From positions 10,372 through 52,964 of the forward strand of contig CAZLGF010000001.1 of NCBI GenBank assembly GCA_964558955.1: DNA of 42,593 nt, read 5' to 3'. The translations under genes were made by a program, and so were the position numbers. Shown in pieces: positions 39,930 to 42,593 of the stretch (positions are counted from its first letter, which is position 1; each line of letters opens with the position of its first letter). Origin of the DNA: an uncultured Coriobacteriaceae bacterium (lineage in GTDB: Bacteria > Actinomycetota > Coriobacteriia > Coriobacteriales > Coriobacteriaceae). Under the pieces are notes generated by a model. It saw only the letters and a program-made list of their open reading frames with translations. It did not search any database and was not told the DNA's origin.

Positions 39930-40238
39930 ATGGCACTCACCGAGGCGGATGTCCGCGGCATCGCCGACTACGCGCGCATCGCGCTCGAGGGCGAGGAGCT
40001 CTCCCAGATGACGGCCTACATGAATGACGCCGTCGCGATGCTCGAGCCCGTGCTCGCCTATAACCTGCCCGACGTGGATCCCACGTTCCATCCCATCGGC
40101 GACCTCTCGAACGTCATGCGCGCCGACGCCGTGGCGCCCGAGCGGGACCTGCCGCTCGACGCCGCGCTCGGCAACGCCGGCAGCGTGCGCGATCGCAGCT
40201 TCCGCGTGCCGTCAATCCTGGGGGAGGGTGAGGCGTGA
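39930..40238 (+). CDS. gatC: Asp/Glu-tRNA amidotransferase subunit C
   Basis: LTEADVRGIADYARIAL, VDPTFHP...SNVMRAD, FRVPSIL; immediately upstream of gatA. SD GAAGGAG. Confidence 0.93.
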   Translation: MALTEADVRGIADYARIALEGEELSQMTAYMNDAVAMLEPVLAYNLPDVDPTFHPIGDLSNVMRADAVAPERDLPLDAALGNAGSVRDRSFRVPSILGEGEA

Positions 40239-41749
40239 TGGCCACGAGCTACGACACCCTCACCGCCGCGCAGATCGCCGCCGGCGTCGCCGCGGGCGCG
40301 TTCTCGGCGACCGATGTCGCGCGGGCGGCGCTCGATGCCCTGGAGCAGCGCGAGCCCGCGATCCAGGCGTTTCTTCAGATCACGCCCGAGCTCGCGCTCG
40401 AGGCGGCCGCGCGCGTCGACGCGGCCCGCGCCTCGGGCGAGGCGCTGCCCGCGCTCGCCGGCGTACCTGTGGCCGTCAAGGACAACATGAACCTCACGGG
40501 CACGCGCACCACCTGCGCGTCCCGCATGCTCGAGACCTATGAGAGTCCCTACACGGCCACCTGCGTCCAGCGCATGCTCGACGCGGGCTGCGTGCCCGTG
40601 GGCAAGACCAACATGGACGAGTTCGCGTTCGGGTCCTCGACGGACACCTCGGCCTTCCACCCCACCAACAACCCGTGGGACGTCGAGCGCGTTCCCGGCG
40701 GGTCATCCGGCGGGTCGGCTGCCGCGGTCGCTGCCGGCGAGGTGCCCCTCGCGCTCGGCTCCGACACGGGCGGCTCCATCCGTCAGCCCGCCGCGCTCTG
40801 CGGCGTGGTGGGCATGAAGCCCACGTATGGCGCCGTGAGCCGCTACGGCGTGGTCGCCTTCGGCAGCTCGCTCGACCAGGTGGGCCCGTTCGGCCGCACC
40901 GTCGAGGACGTGGCGCTTGCGATGGACGCCCTTGTGGCGGGCGGGAGCGACCCGTTCGACTCCACCTCCCAGAACGTCCCCGCGACCTTCGCCGCGCACG
41001 CGGGCGCCTCCATCGAGGGGCTTCGCGTGGGGATCATCCCCTCGTTCATGGAGGCCGACGGCCTGACGTCCGAGGTTCGCGCCGGCGTGGAGCGCGCCGC
41101 GCGGGTGCTCTCCGATGCGGGCGCGACCATCGCCGAGGTCGACCTGCCGCATCTCGATGCCGCGATATCGGCCTACTACGTGATCGGTCCGGCCGAGGCC
41201 TTCTCCAACCTCGCGCGCTTCGACGGCATTCGCTACGGCTACCAGGCGCCTGGCTGCGCCACGCTCGCCGAGCAGAGCGCGCGCTCGCGCGCGGAGGGCT
41301 TCGGGCCCGAGGCCAAGCGCCGCCAGATGCTCGGCGCCTACCTGCTCTCGAGCGGCGTCTATGACCGGTACTACTACGCGGCGCAGAAGGCGCGCACCCT
41401 CATCACGCAGGACTACGCCCGCGCGTACGAGCGCGTCGACGTGATCCTCATGCCGGCGTGCCCGCGCACCGCGTTCAAGCACGGCGAGATCTCGGATCCC
41501 ACGCAGATGTACCTCTCGGATCTGTTCACCATCTCGATCAACATCGCTGGCAACGGCGGCATCACGGTGCCGGTGGGGCGCGGCGCGGACTCCGGGCTCC
41601 CGGTGGCGGCGCAGCTCGTGGCGCCGGCGTTTAAGGACGAGCGGCTCATCGCCTTCGGCGCGGCCCTCGAGCGAGGGCTCGCGGCCGCGGACGGCGAGCG
41701 GTGCCGCGTGGCGCCCGGGTGCGCCGGGAAGGGGGGTGAGCCCGCATGA
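40238..41749 (+). CDS. gatA: Asp/Glu-tRNA amidotransferase subunit A
   Basis: VAVKDN, GKTNMDEFAFGSS, PGGSSGGSAAAV, GSDTGGSIRQPA amidase signature, SNLARFDGIRYG. Confidence 0.96.
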   Translation: MATSYDTLTAAQIAAGVAAGAFSATDVARAALDALEQREPAIQAFLQITPELALEAAARVDAARASGEALPALAGVPVAVKDNMNLTGTRTTCASRMLETYESPYTATCVQRMLDAGCVPVGKTNMDEFAFGSSTDTSAFHPTNNPWDVERVPGGSSGGSAAAVAAGEVPLALGSDTGGSIRQPAALCGVVGMKPTYGAVSRYGVVAFGSSLDQVGPFGRTVEDVALAMDALVAGGSDPFDSTSQNVPATFAAHAGASIEGLRVGIIPSFMEADGLTSEVRAGVERAARVLSDAGATIAEVDLPHLDAAISAYYVIGPAEAFSNLARFDGIRYGYQAPGCATLAEQSARSRAEGFGPEAKRRQMLGAYLLSSGVYDRYYYAAQKARTLITQDYARAYERVDVILMPACPRTAFKHGEISDPTQMYLSDLFTISINIAGNGGITVPVGRGADSGLPVAAQLVAPAFKDERLIAFGAALERGLAAADGERCRVAPGCAGKGGEPA

Positions 41750-42593
41750 GGGAGCTCGCCGAGGTCTTGCGCGACTGGGAGGCCGTAATCGGCCTCGAGA
41801 TCCACACCGAGCTCACGACGCTCGAGACCAAGATGTTCTGCGCGTGCGAGCTCGCCCACGATGACGAGCCCAACGCGCACGTCTGCCCCGTGTGCCTGGG
41901 GCTGCCAGGCGCGCTGCCCGTGCCCAACGAGCGCGCCATCGAGTCGATCGTGAAGGCTGGCCTCGCCACCAACTGCGAGATTCAGAAGCACTCGATGTTC
42001 TACCGCAAGCACTACTTCTATCCCGACATGGCCAAGAACTTCCAAACCACGCAGGGGCCGGTGGCGTTCTGCATGCACGGGCGCCTCGATCTGGAGGTTA
42101 CGGGGCGCGGCGCCGCCGAGCGCCCGGCGTGCGCCTTCGGCGAGGCTGAGGCCGCGAGCCTGGCCAGCGCGAGTGCGAACGCCGTGGGCCTGTCAACCGC
42201 GATGGCGCAGCAGATGCCCGAGGGCGCGACGTCCGCCCCCGCCGGCGCGCTCGCGGGGATGAGCAGCTACGACACGACCGATCTGGCGGTGCCGGTGCGC
42301 CGCGAGGACGGCTCGTACACCGTGCCCATCAGGATCCTGCGCATCCACATGGAGGAGGACGCGGCCAAGATGGTGCACGTGGGCGGCGAGGAGGGCCGCA
42401 TCACCGCCGCGGCCGAGAGCCTCATCGACTACAACCGCTGCGGCACCCCGCTCATCGAGCTCGTGACCGAGCCCGACCTGCGCACCCCCGAGGAGGCCCG
42501 CCTCTTCATGGAGAAGCTCCGCCGCATCTTCCTCACGCTCGGCATCTCCGACTGCTCGATGGAGGAGGGCTCGATGCGCTGCGACGGCAACGT
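41746..42593 (+). CDS. gatB: Asp/Glu-tRNA amidotransferase subunit B (partial, runs off the window)
   Basis: Not in the ORF track because there is no stop. Manual translation gives WEAVIGLEIHTEL, TKMFC, CPVCLGLPGALPVPN, RKHYFYPD, RIHMEEDAAK, DYNRCGTPLIELVTEPD, MEEGSMRCD. Confidence 0.96.
   Translation, partial: MRELAEVLRDWEAVIGLEIHTELTTLETKMFCACELAHDDEPNAHVCPVCLGLPGALPVPNERAIESIVKAGLATNCEIQKHSMFYRKHYFYPDMAKNFQTTQGPVAFCMHGRLDLEVTGRGAAERPACAFGEAEAASLASASANAVGLSTAMAQQMPEGATSAPAGALAGMSSYDTTDLAVPVRREDGSYTVPIRILRIHMEEDAAKMVHVGGEEGRITAAAESLIDYNRCGTPLIELVTEPDLRTPEEARLFMEKLRRIFLTLGISDCSMEEGSMRCDGN

Noticed and set aside
42100-42300. GatB insertion as a mini-intein
   Set aside because: No N-terminal Cys/Ser splice block and no His-Asn followed by Cys/Ser/Thr; too short and low-complexity.

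Overview
High-GC bacterial chromosome segment. GC content and the Firmicutes-like gene set suggest an anaerobic gut Coriobacteriia-type actinobacterium (inference). It holds 34 protein genes, all on the + strand; I see no RNA genes, transposases, integrases or CRISPR. Order: (1) an rnfC-D-G-E-A operon followed by a 56-aa membrane stub where rnfB should be; (2) ligA, a heterodimeric ABC exporter, a histidine phosphatase, moaA, a moaC-mobB fusion and a BI-1/YccA protein; (3) a ~25 kb beta-glycoside island with four GH1 6-phospho-beta-glucosidases, a LicR-type activator with a cellobiose-family PTS, GH43, GH3 and GH35-like hydrolases, two HAD phosphatases, a BglG antiterminator with a beta-glucoside EIIBC, an AEC transporter, an alkyl-sulfatase-like MBL protein and a Tat-lipoprotein esterase; (4) gatCAB, with gatB cut by the window end. 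The strongest candidate for an undescribed system is the Rnf operon. RnfC, RnfD and RnfG keep their Fe-S and flavinylation motifs, but RnfA and RnfE have lost all four canonical cysteine ligands of the intramembrane Fe-S cluster and RnfB is reduced to a Cys-free anchor. This suggests a half-Rnf wire linking cytosolic NAD(H) to an extracytosolic flavin rather than a ferredoxin:NAD+ ion pump. Motif comparisons are by eye against recalled consensus sequences; no searches were run.
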